Of a stretch of 64,000 bases of DNA, positions 56,336-64,000 are shown piece by piece. How positions within the stretch are numbered: position 1 is the first letter of the stretch; each line of letters starts with the position of its first letter. This DNA is from Patescibacteria group bacterium. GTDB taxonomy: Bacteria > Patescibacteriota > Doudnabacteria > UBA920. Where the stretch lies: contig WARV01000008.1 in NCBI GenBank assembly GCA_013387205.1, positions 136-64,135 on the forward strand, given 5' to 3'. The translations under genes and the position numbers were made by a program. The notes beneath the pieces are model-generated. The model was not told the origin of the DNA, ran no database searches, and saw nothing but the letters and a program-made list of their open reading frames with translations.

Positions 56336-57280
56336 ATGGACAACAACAAGCCGACAATCGGGGTAGCTTTAAGCGGGTCTGGAAGCAGACTGGTGTTTTA
56401 TATTGGCTTTCTAGAAGCCTTGGATGAGGCTGGTATTAAAGTTGATTATATCGCCGCATGCAGCGGCGGCAGCGTGGTAGCTGCGGCGTATGCCTGCGGC
56501 CAAATGCAGGAGTTAAAAAACACGATTTTTACACTTGATAAAAAAACCTTCTTTTCGTACTTAAAAAGAGGAAAAGGCGGCTTGTACAATTTAGATAAAA
56601 TTGAAGAACAATTCAGGACTTTTACCAATGGTTTAAGGTTTGAGGATGTTAAGCCTTTAATGGGATTTGTGGCGGCAGATTTGGAAAGCGGCAAGCAAGT
56701 TGTCATGTCGATGGGCGATATTGCAAGGGCAGCCAGGATATCATGTTCGTTGCCAGCCTTGTGCGAGCCGGTCAGGTGGGGAGGTATGACGCTGATAGAC
56801 GGAGGTTTACTCAGTATAATCCCGGTAGACGTAGTAAAAGACGCCGGCATGGACATTACCATTGGCATAAATATGAGAGGGACAAAACACCTGTTTACCA
56901 ACAGGCAGATTGCTTTGAAAAAAATATTCAATATATTTAAAAAAGCTTTCCTGATTGATTATCTGGAAAAAGCTTTGGATGCCATATTGCCAGATCCTGA
57001 TGATTACGATTTAGAAGAAAAACCGGGGATGCTGAAAATTTTGAATAAGAGCATGGATATTGCCATCGAAGCCAATAAAAAAGATTACAGCAAAATATTG
57101 GAATGCGATTTAATGATTTCGCCGAACATCACCAAGTTCCGCCTAAAAAATATTGAAAAATTAAACCAACAGCTTCTTGAATTGGGAAGAAAAACCGCGC
57201 AGGATAATATCCCAAAAATTTTAGAATTAACGGAAAAGAAAAAGAAGGCAACGCAGGTTCCCATAAAACAACAAACATGA
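56336..57280 (+). CDS. Patatin-like phospholipase
   Basis: ALSGSGSR, ACSGG nucleophile elbow, DGG. Confidence 0.88.
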   Translation: MDNNKPTIGVALSGSGSRLVFYIGFLEALDEAGIKVDYIAACSGGSVVAAAYACGQMQELKNTIFTLDKKTFFSYLKRGKGGLYNLDKIEEQFRTFTNGLRFEDVKPLMGFVAADLESGKQVVMSMGDIARAARISCSLPALCEPVRWGGMTLIDGGLLSIIPVDVVKDAGMDITIGINMRGTKHLFTNRQIALKKIFNIFKKAFLIDYLEKALDAILPDPDDYDLEEKPGMLKILNKSMDIAIEANKKDYSKILECDLMISPNITKFRLKNIEKLNQQLLELGRKTAQDNIPKILELTEKKKKATQVPIKQQT

Positions 57281-58701
57281 TAAATCTAGACCAAGTTAAC
57301 AAAATTTATTTTATCGGCATTGGCGGAATTGGAATGTCTGCCGCGGCAGGCTTGGCAAAATCCATGGGTTTTGAAGTCTCCGGCAGCGATTCCAAAGAGA
57401 TTTATTCGCCCGCAAAAGAAGTGCTGGATGGATATAAGATAAATTACACCGCGGGCTATGGCGAAGAAAATGCAAAAAAATTCCAGGCAGATTTGTATGT
57501 TCTTTCAGCCGGTGAAGGGATGGGGAATCCTGAAATTAAATATGTCGTGGACAACGGTTTGCCGCACGTTTCTTTTGCCGAGCTGCTTTATTATTTAAAT
57601 AAGGATAAAATTAGGATTGTGGTAACCGGAACCCATGGCAAATCAACAACGTCGGGCCTTTTAGGGTACTTGCTTAAAGATTTGGATAACGGCTCGTTTT
57701 TTACCGGCGCGGTTTTAAATAATTTAAATTCCAATTTCCATGAGGGTGACGGCCATTATATTGTCTTTGAAGGCGACGAATATAAATCCGAATTCGACGA
57801 CCCGACACCGAAATTCCATTATTATAAGCCAGACATTTTAGTTTTGACCAACCTGGAATACGACCATCCGGATATTTTTGAAAATTTGGAGGCATTGGAG
57901 CAGGAATTCGAGCAGCTAATCTCCAATTTGCCTGAAGATGGATTGATTGTCTATAACGCGGACGATCCGAACCTTTCCAGGCTTGTCCATAAAAGCGAGG
58001 TTAGTTCTATAAGTTTTGGCATAGAAAACGAAGCGGATTTTAAGGTTGAAAAGATTGAGTACGGAGAATATACGGATTTTGAAATCACAAATAAATTTTC
58101 CAAGGATATTTTGGGCAAGACTTTGGGATTAACGGAGAATTATAAAATCCAGCTTCCGGGTAAAATTAACGTGTATAATTCTTTGGCTGCAATTTCTACG
58201 CTTCGGGCGCTGGGTTTCCAGCCTGACCAATTGGCATTGAGTTTACTGTCTTTTACAGGATTAAAGAGAAGGTTTGAAATTGTTGGCATTAAAAACGGCA
58301 TTACGCTGATAGATGATTATGCCCATCATCCGACTGCTGTAAAGGAAACACTGGATGCCGCCAGGTTAAAGTTTAGCAAGGCGAAAATCTGGGCTGTTTT
58401 TGAGCCGCACACTTTTAGCAGGACAAAAGCGACTTTAAAAGATTTGGCCAAATCTTTTAATTCAGCTGATGAGGTTTTGATTTCCGAAATTTATCCAGCC
58501 AGGGAAAAAGTTCAAGATGCGACAATAACCGGCCAGGAAGTAGTTGAGGCTATACAGTCTAAAAATCCAGTTAGGTTGATTAAAAACAAGGAACAGGCGC
58601 TGGATATCCTGAAAAAAGAGGCAAAAGCCGGAGATGTGTTGGTGGTTATGGCGGTCGGGGCGTTCAATAAGCTTGCTTATGAACTGAAGGAGTTGTTGTA
58701 G
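57277..58701 (+). CDS. murC: UDP-N-acetylmuramate--L-alanine ligase (MurC/Mpl family)
   Basis: GIGGIGMSA, GTHGKSTT, EGDEY, DDYAHHP, EPHTFSRT. Confidence 0.85.
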   Translation: MINLDQVNKIYFIGIGGIGMSAAAGLAKSMGFEVSGSDSKEIYSPAKEVLDGYKINYTAGYGEENAKKFQADLYVLSAGEGMGNPEIKYVVDNGLPHVSFAELLYYLNKDKIRIVVTGTHGKSTTSGLLGYLLKDLDNGSFFTGAVLNNLNSNFHEGDGHYIVFEGDEYKSEFDDPTPKFHYYKPDILVLTNLEYDHPDIFENLEALEQEFEQLISNLPEDGLIVYNADDPNLSRLVHKSEVSSISFGIENEADFKVEKIEYGEYTDFEITNKFSKDILGKTLGLTENYKIQLPGKINVYNSLAAISTLRALGFQPDQLALSLLSFTGLKRRFEIVGIKNGITLIDDYAHHPTAVKETLDAARLKFSKAKIWAVFEPHTFSRTKATLKDLAKSFNSADEVLISEIYPAREKVQDATITGQEVVEAIQSKNPVRLIKNKEQALDILKKEAKAGDVLVVMAVGAFNKLAYELKELL

Positions 58702-58702
58702 G

Positions 58703-59785
58703 ATGGAAATACAAAAAGATGTTTTATTAGCCCCGTATACAACTTTTAAGATTGGCGGATTGGCCAAGTATTTTTGTGTTGTTTCAGATTTTAAAGGCCT
58801 AAGAGAAGCGAGAAATTTTGCCTTAGCTAATAATCTTCCAATATTCATTCTTGGCGGGGGAAGCAATGTCTTGATTAGCGATGAAGGATTTAACGGGTTG
58901 GTGGTGCTAATTGAAGTGAAGGGGGTTGAAAAAGTTTTTGAAGACGGAAAAACAGTAAGACTAAAAGTAGCGGCAGGAGAGAATTGGGACAAGCTAGTGG
59001 AATATTGCGTTGATAATAATTGGTGGGGGATAGAAAACCTTTCCCATATCCCTGGCAAAGCCGGAGCTTTTGTAGTGCAAAATGTCGGCGCTTACGGCCA
59101 GGAAGCCAGCCAGGTTGTAGATGCGGTAACCGTGTTTAATCTGGCAAATGAAGAAATTGAAATTATCAGCAATAAAAACTGCGAGTTCTCTTATAGGAGC
59201 AGTATTTTTAATGGCGGATACAAGGGAAAATTTGTTATTCTTGATATAATTATCAGCCTGTCAAAAATTCCACGGCCGAATTTAAGTTACCGCGATTTAG
59301 CCGAAAAATTTGAAGGCAAAAACCCTGGGCTTGGGGAAATAAGGCAGGCGATTATTGAAATCCGCGATAACAAATTTCCATTCCCGGATGGCGGAATAAA
59401 TGGCAATGCCGGATCGTTTTTTAAAAATCCAGTTATCAGCAGACAAGAATTCGACAATTTGTCCATACAGATAGAAAAACAATTCGGAACTCAGGCGCTG
59501 GATAACCTGCAAAAAAAAGCCAGGGAAGAAAGAGGCTTTGTCAAAATCCCTGCCGCGTATTTAATTGATGTATGCAGTTTAAAAGATGCAAAAAACGACC
59601 ATGTAGCAATAAATCACACTCAGCCTTTGGTAGTCTTGAATAAATCAGGAAAGGCAAAAGCTGGGGATATTTTGGATTTGGTGGCCTTAGTGAGAGAAAC
59701 GGTTTTTAGTAAGACGGGAATAATGCTTGATGTTGAGCCGGTTTTGGTTGGATTCGCAAAAGAAGAAGTAAAAATTGAGAATTAA
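58703..59785 (+). CDS. murB: UDP-N-acetylenolpyruvoylglucosamine reductase
   Basis: TTFKIGG, GGGSN, IPG, QNVGAYG, YRSS, NAGSFFKNP. Confidence 0.96.
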   Translation: MEIQKDVLLAPYTTFKIGGLAKYFCVVSDFKGLREARNFALANNLPIFILGGGSNVLISDEGFNGLVVLIEVKGVEKVFEDGKTVRLKVAAGENWDKLVEYCVDNNWWGIENLSHIPGKAGAFVVQNVGAYGQEASQVVDAVTVFNLANEEIEIISNKNCEFSYRSSIFNGGYKGKFVILDIIISLSKIPRPNLSYRDLAEKFEGKNPGLGEIRQAIIEIRDNKFPFPDGGINGNAGSFFKNPVISRQEFDNLSIQIEKQFGTQALDNLQKKAREERGFVKIPAAYLIDVCSLKDAKNDHVAINHTQPLVVLNKSGKAKAGDILDLVALVRETVFSKTGIMLDVEPVLVGFAKEEVKIEN

Positions 59786-59867
59786 TTTTAAACCTAGTAT
59801 AATAAATGAAACAAACTAATTGGATCAGGAATAAATAGAAAAGATGATCCGCCAGGAGACCAGAGGC

Positions 59868-60176
59868 ATGAATTTAAACATCAAAGCGACAAATACTACG
59901 ATAACGGACGCCATTAGGGATTTTATTGATGAAAAAATTGAGGACCATCTTTCCAAATTTTTAAAAAATAACGAAAAAGTTTTTGTTGAACTGCAGGTTG
60001 ATAAAAAGCATAAATCCGGCGATTTGTTCAGGGTCGAAATTTCCATTAACCCACCCAAGTTTTACGCGGAAAGCAGGGGTGCGGATTTCCACGAAGCGAT
60101 GGATTTGGCAATTCCCAAGGTCAAAGAACAGTTAATCAAAGCCAAAGACAAAAAAATCTCCAACAGAAGAAAATAA
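59868..60176 (+). CDS. hpf: Ribosome hibernation factor, short HPF/RaiA
   Basis: NIKATN..ITDAIRDFIDEKI...DFHEAMDL; upstream of secA. Confidence 0.88.
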   Translation: MNLNIKATNTTITDAIRDFIDEKIEDHLSKFLKNNEKVFVELQVDKKHKSGDLFRVEISINPPKFYAESRGADFHEAMDLAIPKVKEQLIKAKDKKISNRRK

Positions 60177-60185
60177 TTTATTTAT

Positions 60186-60218
60186 AAAAATCCCGAGATA
60201 ATACCTCGGGATTTTTTA
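60186..60218. terminator. Bidirectional terminator
   Basis: AAAAATCCCGAG...CTCGGGATTTTTT. Confidence 0.8.
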
Positions 60219-60223
60219 TTTCT

Positions 60224-60406
60224 TTATTTATTTAAACCGCGCAGAGTGTTAGGAGAAGCTGGTCCAGTGGTTGTGTAAGACTGATTTGTCTGGCTAGATT
60301 GTTGCTTTTTATTTTGCCATTTATAAAACCACGACATAAAAAATGCCAAAAGCGTAATTGTTAAAAAGATAATTACAATTGCCCTGCCCATAAATATAAT
60401 CCCCAT
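60224..60406 (-). CDS. Small single-TM protein
   Basis: Hydrophobic N-terminus and polar tail; ends at the terminator. Confidence 0.5.
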   Translation of the reverse strand: MGIIFMGRAIVIIFLTITLLAFFMSWFYKWQNKKQQSSQTNQSYTTTGPASPNTLRGLNK

Positions 60407-60650
60407 GTTTTAATTGACGTAATAGGTGGGTTTATTTGCAATTTTTAATGGCTAAATCCTAGGAATATTAGGATTTAGCCTTTCGGCAAGCCCAAGGCTT
60501 TTAGCCGTTTTTATCATCATTCTGGATTCCGGTCTTGACTCGGGATGGGTCAGTTTAAATACAGAATTTAATCCGGGTTTCATCTATGCGTTTTTTCTGA
60601 TATAATGTATTAGTAAAATTTTGTTGATTAATCGAAAATTACCCATATTT

Positions 60651-63425
60651 ATGTCATTTTTTTCAAAAATATTTTCTGGCGAAAAAAGCCCTCTTGAAAG
60701 ATACGGCAAAGAATTAGCAGCTGTTAACGGTTATAAGGAAGAGGTTGCCAAATTAAGCCAGGAACAGATAAGAGAGGAAATATCAAATTTCAAATTACAA
60801 ATTTCAAAACTTCAGTCAAATGAAGAAATTTTTAAGTTGCTGAAAGAGGTGTCACCAAGGGTTTTCGCGTTAACCCGCGAATCTGCCAAAAGAACTATTG
60901 GGCAATTCCATTACGATGTCCAAATTGCCGGAGGGTTTGTATTAAGCAACGGCAAAATCGCGGAAATGAAAACCGGTGAAGGCAAAACTTTAACTGCAAC
61001 TTTGCCTTTGGTGTTGTTTGCCTTAGCCGGCAAAGGCGCGCATTTAGTCACTGTCAACGATTATTTGGCCAGGTGGCAAGCGTCCTTAATGGGCCCGGTC
61101 TATCATTATTTAGGTTTGACAGTCGCTTCCATCCAACACGAAGCATCTTTCCTGTACGACCCTTCATATAAACCGGAAGCCGACGAATTGGAAAAATTAG
61201 AAAGCGAAACCGAGGGTTTGGTCATGGATGTTAAACATATGAGGCCAGTTAACCGCCGGCAGGCTTACGACGCAGATATTACTTATGGTACCAATAACGA
61301 ATTCGGCTTTGATTATCTGCGCGACAACATGGTCCAGCACGCCAGCCAAATGGTCCAGCGCGACTTGTTCTTTACCATTGTGGACGAAGTCGATAGTATT
61401 TTGATTGATGAAGCCAGGACGCCTTTAATAATCAGCAGTCCGGATACGGACCCAACAGACAAATATTACCAGTTCGCAGCTATTGTCGAACAGTTAAATG
61501 ACGGGCCGCATTATTCCGTTGACGAAAAACATAAAGCGGCCAGCCTGACCGATGACGGCATCACTAAAATCGAAAAGATTTTAAAGGTGCCTAATATATA
61601 CGATACTTCCAAAGGCGTGACTACCATCCATCACATAGAACAAGCCTTGCGCGCCAAAACCTTGTTTAAAAATGACCGCGACTACGTGGTCAGGGAAGGC
61701 GAAATTATCATTGTCGATGAATTCACTGGCAGGTTAATGTTCGGCCGCAGGTATAGCGAAGGCTTGCACCAGGCTATTGAAGCCAAAGAGAATGTCAAAA
61801 TCCAGCAGGAAAGCCGGACTTTGGCCACTATCACTTTCCAAAATTTATTCAGGCTCTACGCCAAACTTTCGGGTATGACTGGAACGGCCAAAACCGAAGA
61901 AGAAGAATTTTTCAAAATTTACAGGTTGACCGTCGAGGCGATTCCGACTAACAAGGAGATGGTAAGGAAAGATGCGGCTGATGTGGTTTATAAAACCGAA
62001 GATGCCAAATTTACCGCCATTGCCAAAGAAATTAAAGAACGCAACAAAAAGGGCCAACCGGTTTTGATTGGTACTGTAAGCATTGCAAAAAACGAATTAT
62101 TGGCTGAATATTTGAAAAAAGAAGGGCTGAAATTCGAGATTTTGAACGCCAAGAACCATGAAAGGGAAGCCCAGATAATTTCCCAGGCCGGCAGGTTTGG
62201 CTCCATTACTTTGGCAACTAATATCGCCGGACGAGGCGTGGATATTCTGCTTGGAGGCAACCCGGTTGACCATGAAGAAGCCAAAGCTGTTAAAGCTGCG
62301 GGCGGTTTGCATATTTTAGGAACCGAACGCCATGAATCGCGCCGCATAGACAACCAGTTAAGGGGGCGCGCCGGACGCCAGGGCGACCCGGGTTCTTCGC
62401 AGTTCTATATCAGCATGGAAGATGATTTGATGCGCCTTTTTGCAGGCGAGCAAAGGATGGAACAGCTTAAAAGAATGATGACATCACTGGGCCTTCCTGA
62501 TGACCAGCCGATTGAAAACGGGATGATTTCCAAATCCATCGAGTCTGCGCAAAAGAAAATCGAGGGCCTGAACTTTGACACCAGAAAACACGTTTTGGAA
62601 TTTGACGACGTGCTTAACCATCAGCGCAACATAATTTACAAGCGCCGCAGGAAATATCTGGAAGGCACGCCGGAAAGCAAAGATTTTGTTTTGAAAGACG
62701 AAATTTTGGATTTGCTTAAAACCGAAATAGGGGAAATAGCCGCCTTACATATGAATATGGTTGATGAGCATGGCAATAAAAAGGATTCTTTTAAAGAACT
62801 GCTGGATGCCGCAAATCAGATTTTGCCGGTAACTCCTGAAGTCGTGGCTAAAGTCAAAGAAGCCAAGGCTAACGCTGCTGATGAAGAATTCGCCATAACC
62901 GATACGCTTTTTAAAGCTGCTGCAGATTTTTTTGAGCAGAAAGAAAAGGAAATGGGCCAGGAAATTTTTACAGGCGCGCAAAGGTTTATCGCGCTTCAGG
63001 CTTTGGATATGCTTTGGATGGAGCATTTGGACACCATGGACCATTTGCGCGACAGCGTCCGCCTTCGCGGCTACGGCCAGCGCGATCCGTTAGTGGAATA
63101 CAAAAAAGAAGGTTATTCCATGTTCCAAAGGTTACTCTCGGAAATAAATAAGCAAATCGTTTATAGCATTTTGCATGTTAATGTCCAGGTCCAACCGCAG
63201 CCGACCCCGCAGGTGGAATTGGTGACTAACCAATCAGGAGTCGCATCAATGACAGCAGGACAAGCATTAGCCGATCCAAAACTTGAAAACATCGGCCGCA
63301 ATGATCCTTGCCCATGCGGCAGCGGAAAAAAGTTTAAAAAGTGCGGGCTTTTAAACACGCCTGAGCATCAGATGAATATGGCCAAAGGGACCGGAGCCAA
63401 GCACCAAGCAAAAGTTGGCGGATAA
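60651..63425 (+). CDS. secA: Preprotein translocase ATPase SecA
   Basis: MKTGEGKT, DEVD, GMTGTA, QLRGRAGRQGDPG, GRNDPCPCGSGKK. Confidence 0.98.
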   Translation: MSFFSKIFSGEKSPLERYGKELAAVNGYKEEVAKLSQEQIREEISNFKLQISKLQSNEEIFKLLKEVSPRVFALTRESAKRTIGQFHYDVQIAGGFVLSNGKIAEMKTGEGKTLTATLPLVLFALAGKGAHLVTVNDYLARWQASLMGPVYHYLGLTVASIQHEASFLYDPSYKPEADELEKLESETEGLVMDVKHMRPVNRRQAYDADITYGTNNEFGFDYLRDNMVQHASQMVQRDLFFTIVDEVDSILIDEARTPLIISSPDTDPTDKYYQFAAIVEQLNDGPHYSVDEKHKAASLTDDGITKIEKILKVPNIYDTSKGVTTIHHIEQALRAKTLFKNDRDYVVREGEIIIVDEFTGRLMFGRRYSEGLHQAIEAKENVKIQQESRTLATITFQNLFRLYAKLSGMTGTAKTEEEEFFKIYRLTVEAIPTNKEMVRKDAADVVYKTEDAKFTAIAKEIKERNKKGQPVLIGTVSIAKNELLAEYLKKEGLKFEILNAKNHEREAQIISQAGRFGSITLATNIAGRGVDILLGGNPVDHEEAKAVKAAGGLHILGTERHESRRIDNQLRGRAGRQGDPGSSQFYISMEDDLMRLFAGEQRMEQLKRMMTSLGLPDDQPIENGMISKSIESAQKKIEGLNFDTRKHVLEFDDVLNHQRNIIYKRRRKYLEGTPESKDFVLKDEILDLLKTEIGEIAALHMNMVDEHGNKKDSFKELLDAANQILPVTPEVVAKVKEAKANAADEEFAITDTLFKAAADFFEQKEKEMGQEIFTGAQRFIALQALDMLWMEHLDTMDHLRDSVRLRGYGQRDPLVEYKKEGYSMFQRLLSEINKQIVYSILHVNVQVQPQPTPQVELVTNQSGVASMTAGQALADPKLENIGRNDPCPCGSGKKFKKCGLLNTPEHQMNMAKGTGAKHQAKVGG

Positions 63426-63441
63426 AATTTAAGTCATAAAT

Positions 63442-63484
63442 AAAACGGCCGGAAGGGGATAGTACCCTAACCTGGCCGTTTTTC
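63442..63484. terminator. Bidirectional terminator
   Basis: AAAACGGCCGG...CTGGCCGTTTTT. Confidence 0.75.
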
Positions 63485-63508
63485 GTTGGTGACATAGCGG
63501 TCACTTTC

Positions 63509-63711
63509 TTACGTATTAACCTTGCGTTTCCATAAGGGTCTCAACAACACCTGGAAAAACGCCACAATGAGAGCGATTCCACACAGCCTCAAGAATGAAG
63601 CCGTGCTATTTGGTAGGTGGTTGCCCTTTAACCCAATGAAGGGTTCGGTCAGAAAAAAACAAGGTCTAATAAGACCAATAGAAGCGCCATTTTCAGGACA
63701 TTCTTTAGCAT
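63509..63711 (-). pseudogene. Small 2-TM protein gene frameshifted at a T7 tract
   Basis: GGAGG + ATG 63711 gives MLKNVLKMALLLVLLDLVFF*; one extra T joins it to LTEPFIG...KRKVNT (67 aa). Confidence 0.55.
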
Positions 63712-63739
63712 ACAAAGCCTCCGTAAAGATTTGATTAAC

Positions 63740-63768
63740 ATTATAGCATATACTGTGATAATTGTCAA
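63740..63768 (-). promoter_or_regulatory. Consensus sigma70 promoter
   Basis: TTGACA-N17-TATAAT on the minus strand. Confidence 0.75.
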
Positions 63769-64000
63769 TAGTATGTAACGACAAAAGTTATCTTAAATAA
63801 GGATAAATCAAGATTTTTAACACAAAAACAATGCTATTTATGGCATTTTGAAATATTAGTTGAAAAATATTGATGTAGAAAAATTAAAATTTTAGATCAT
63901 CAAACTTTTTTTTGTCAGTCAAAATCAAAATTTTAATCAGTTAGCCACAAGTAAAAACACTTGTGGAATTTTTAAAATGCGTTTAAAATAATTACATAAT

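Noticed and set aside
63290-63425. SecA SEC-C motif ends CG rather than CH/CC
   Set aside because: Minor variant; a nearby His (PEH) may substitute, and nothing more can be supported from sequence.

Overview
Chromosomal window, almost entirely + strand, from a small-genome bacterium that looks like CPR/Patescibacteria (inferred from the short AlaRS, baseplate-J-like membrane protein, AU-rich starts mostly lacking Shine-Dalgarno sites, compact RNase P RNA and sortase/DUF11 surface proteins). It holds the 5' part of aspS, lgt, a dTDP-rhamnose (rml) cluster, a sortase with a 1372-aa APRTG-tailed surface protein, a NYN nuclease, galE, an S8 protease, two surface-glycan clusters, ctpA, alaS, a pgi-like gene, infA-rpmJ-rpsM-rpsK-rpsD-rpoA-rplQ-rplM-rpsI, rnpB, murG/murC/murB, hpf and secA. 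No tRNA, rRNA, CRISPR array or transposase was seen. The most unusual content is non-coding. (1) A ~370-nt pseudoknotted RNA candidate with its own promoter and terminator (1600-1974) that matches no family I recognise. (2) Many families of small palindromic elements: 7/8/9-nt-periodic inverted repeats that fill stop-to-start junctions and sometimes supply the stop or start codon, REP/RPE-like hairpins inserted in frame in enzymes, a MITE that duplicated a start codon, and 15-30-nt micro-hairpins nested inside the larger elements, some with 2-bp duplications and with empty and filled versions both present in this window. All calls come from reading the sequence; no searches or folding programs were run.
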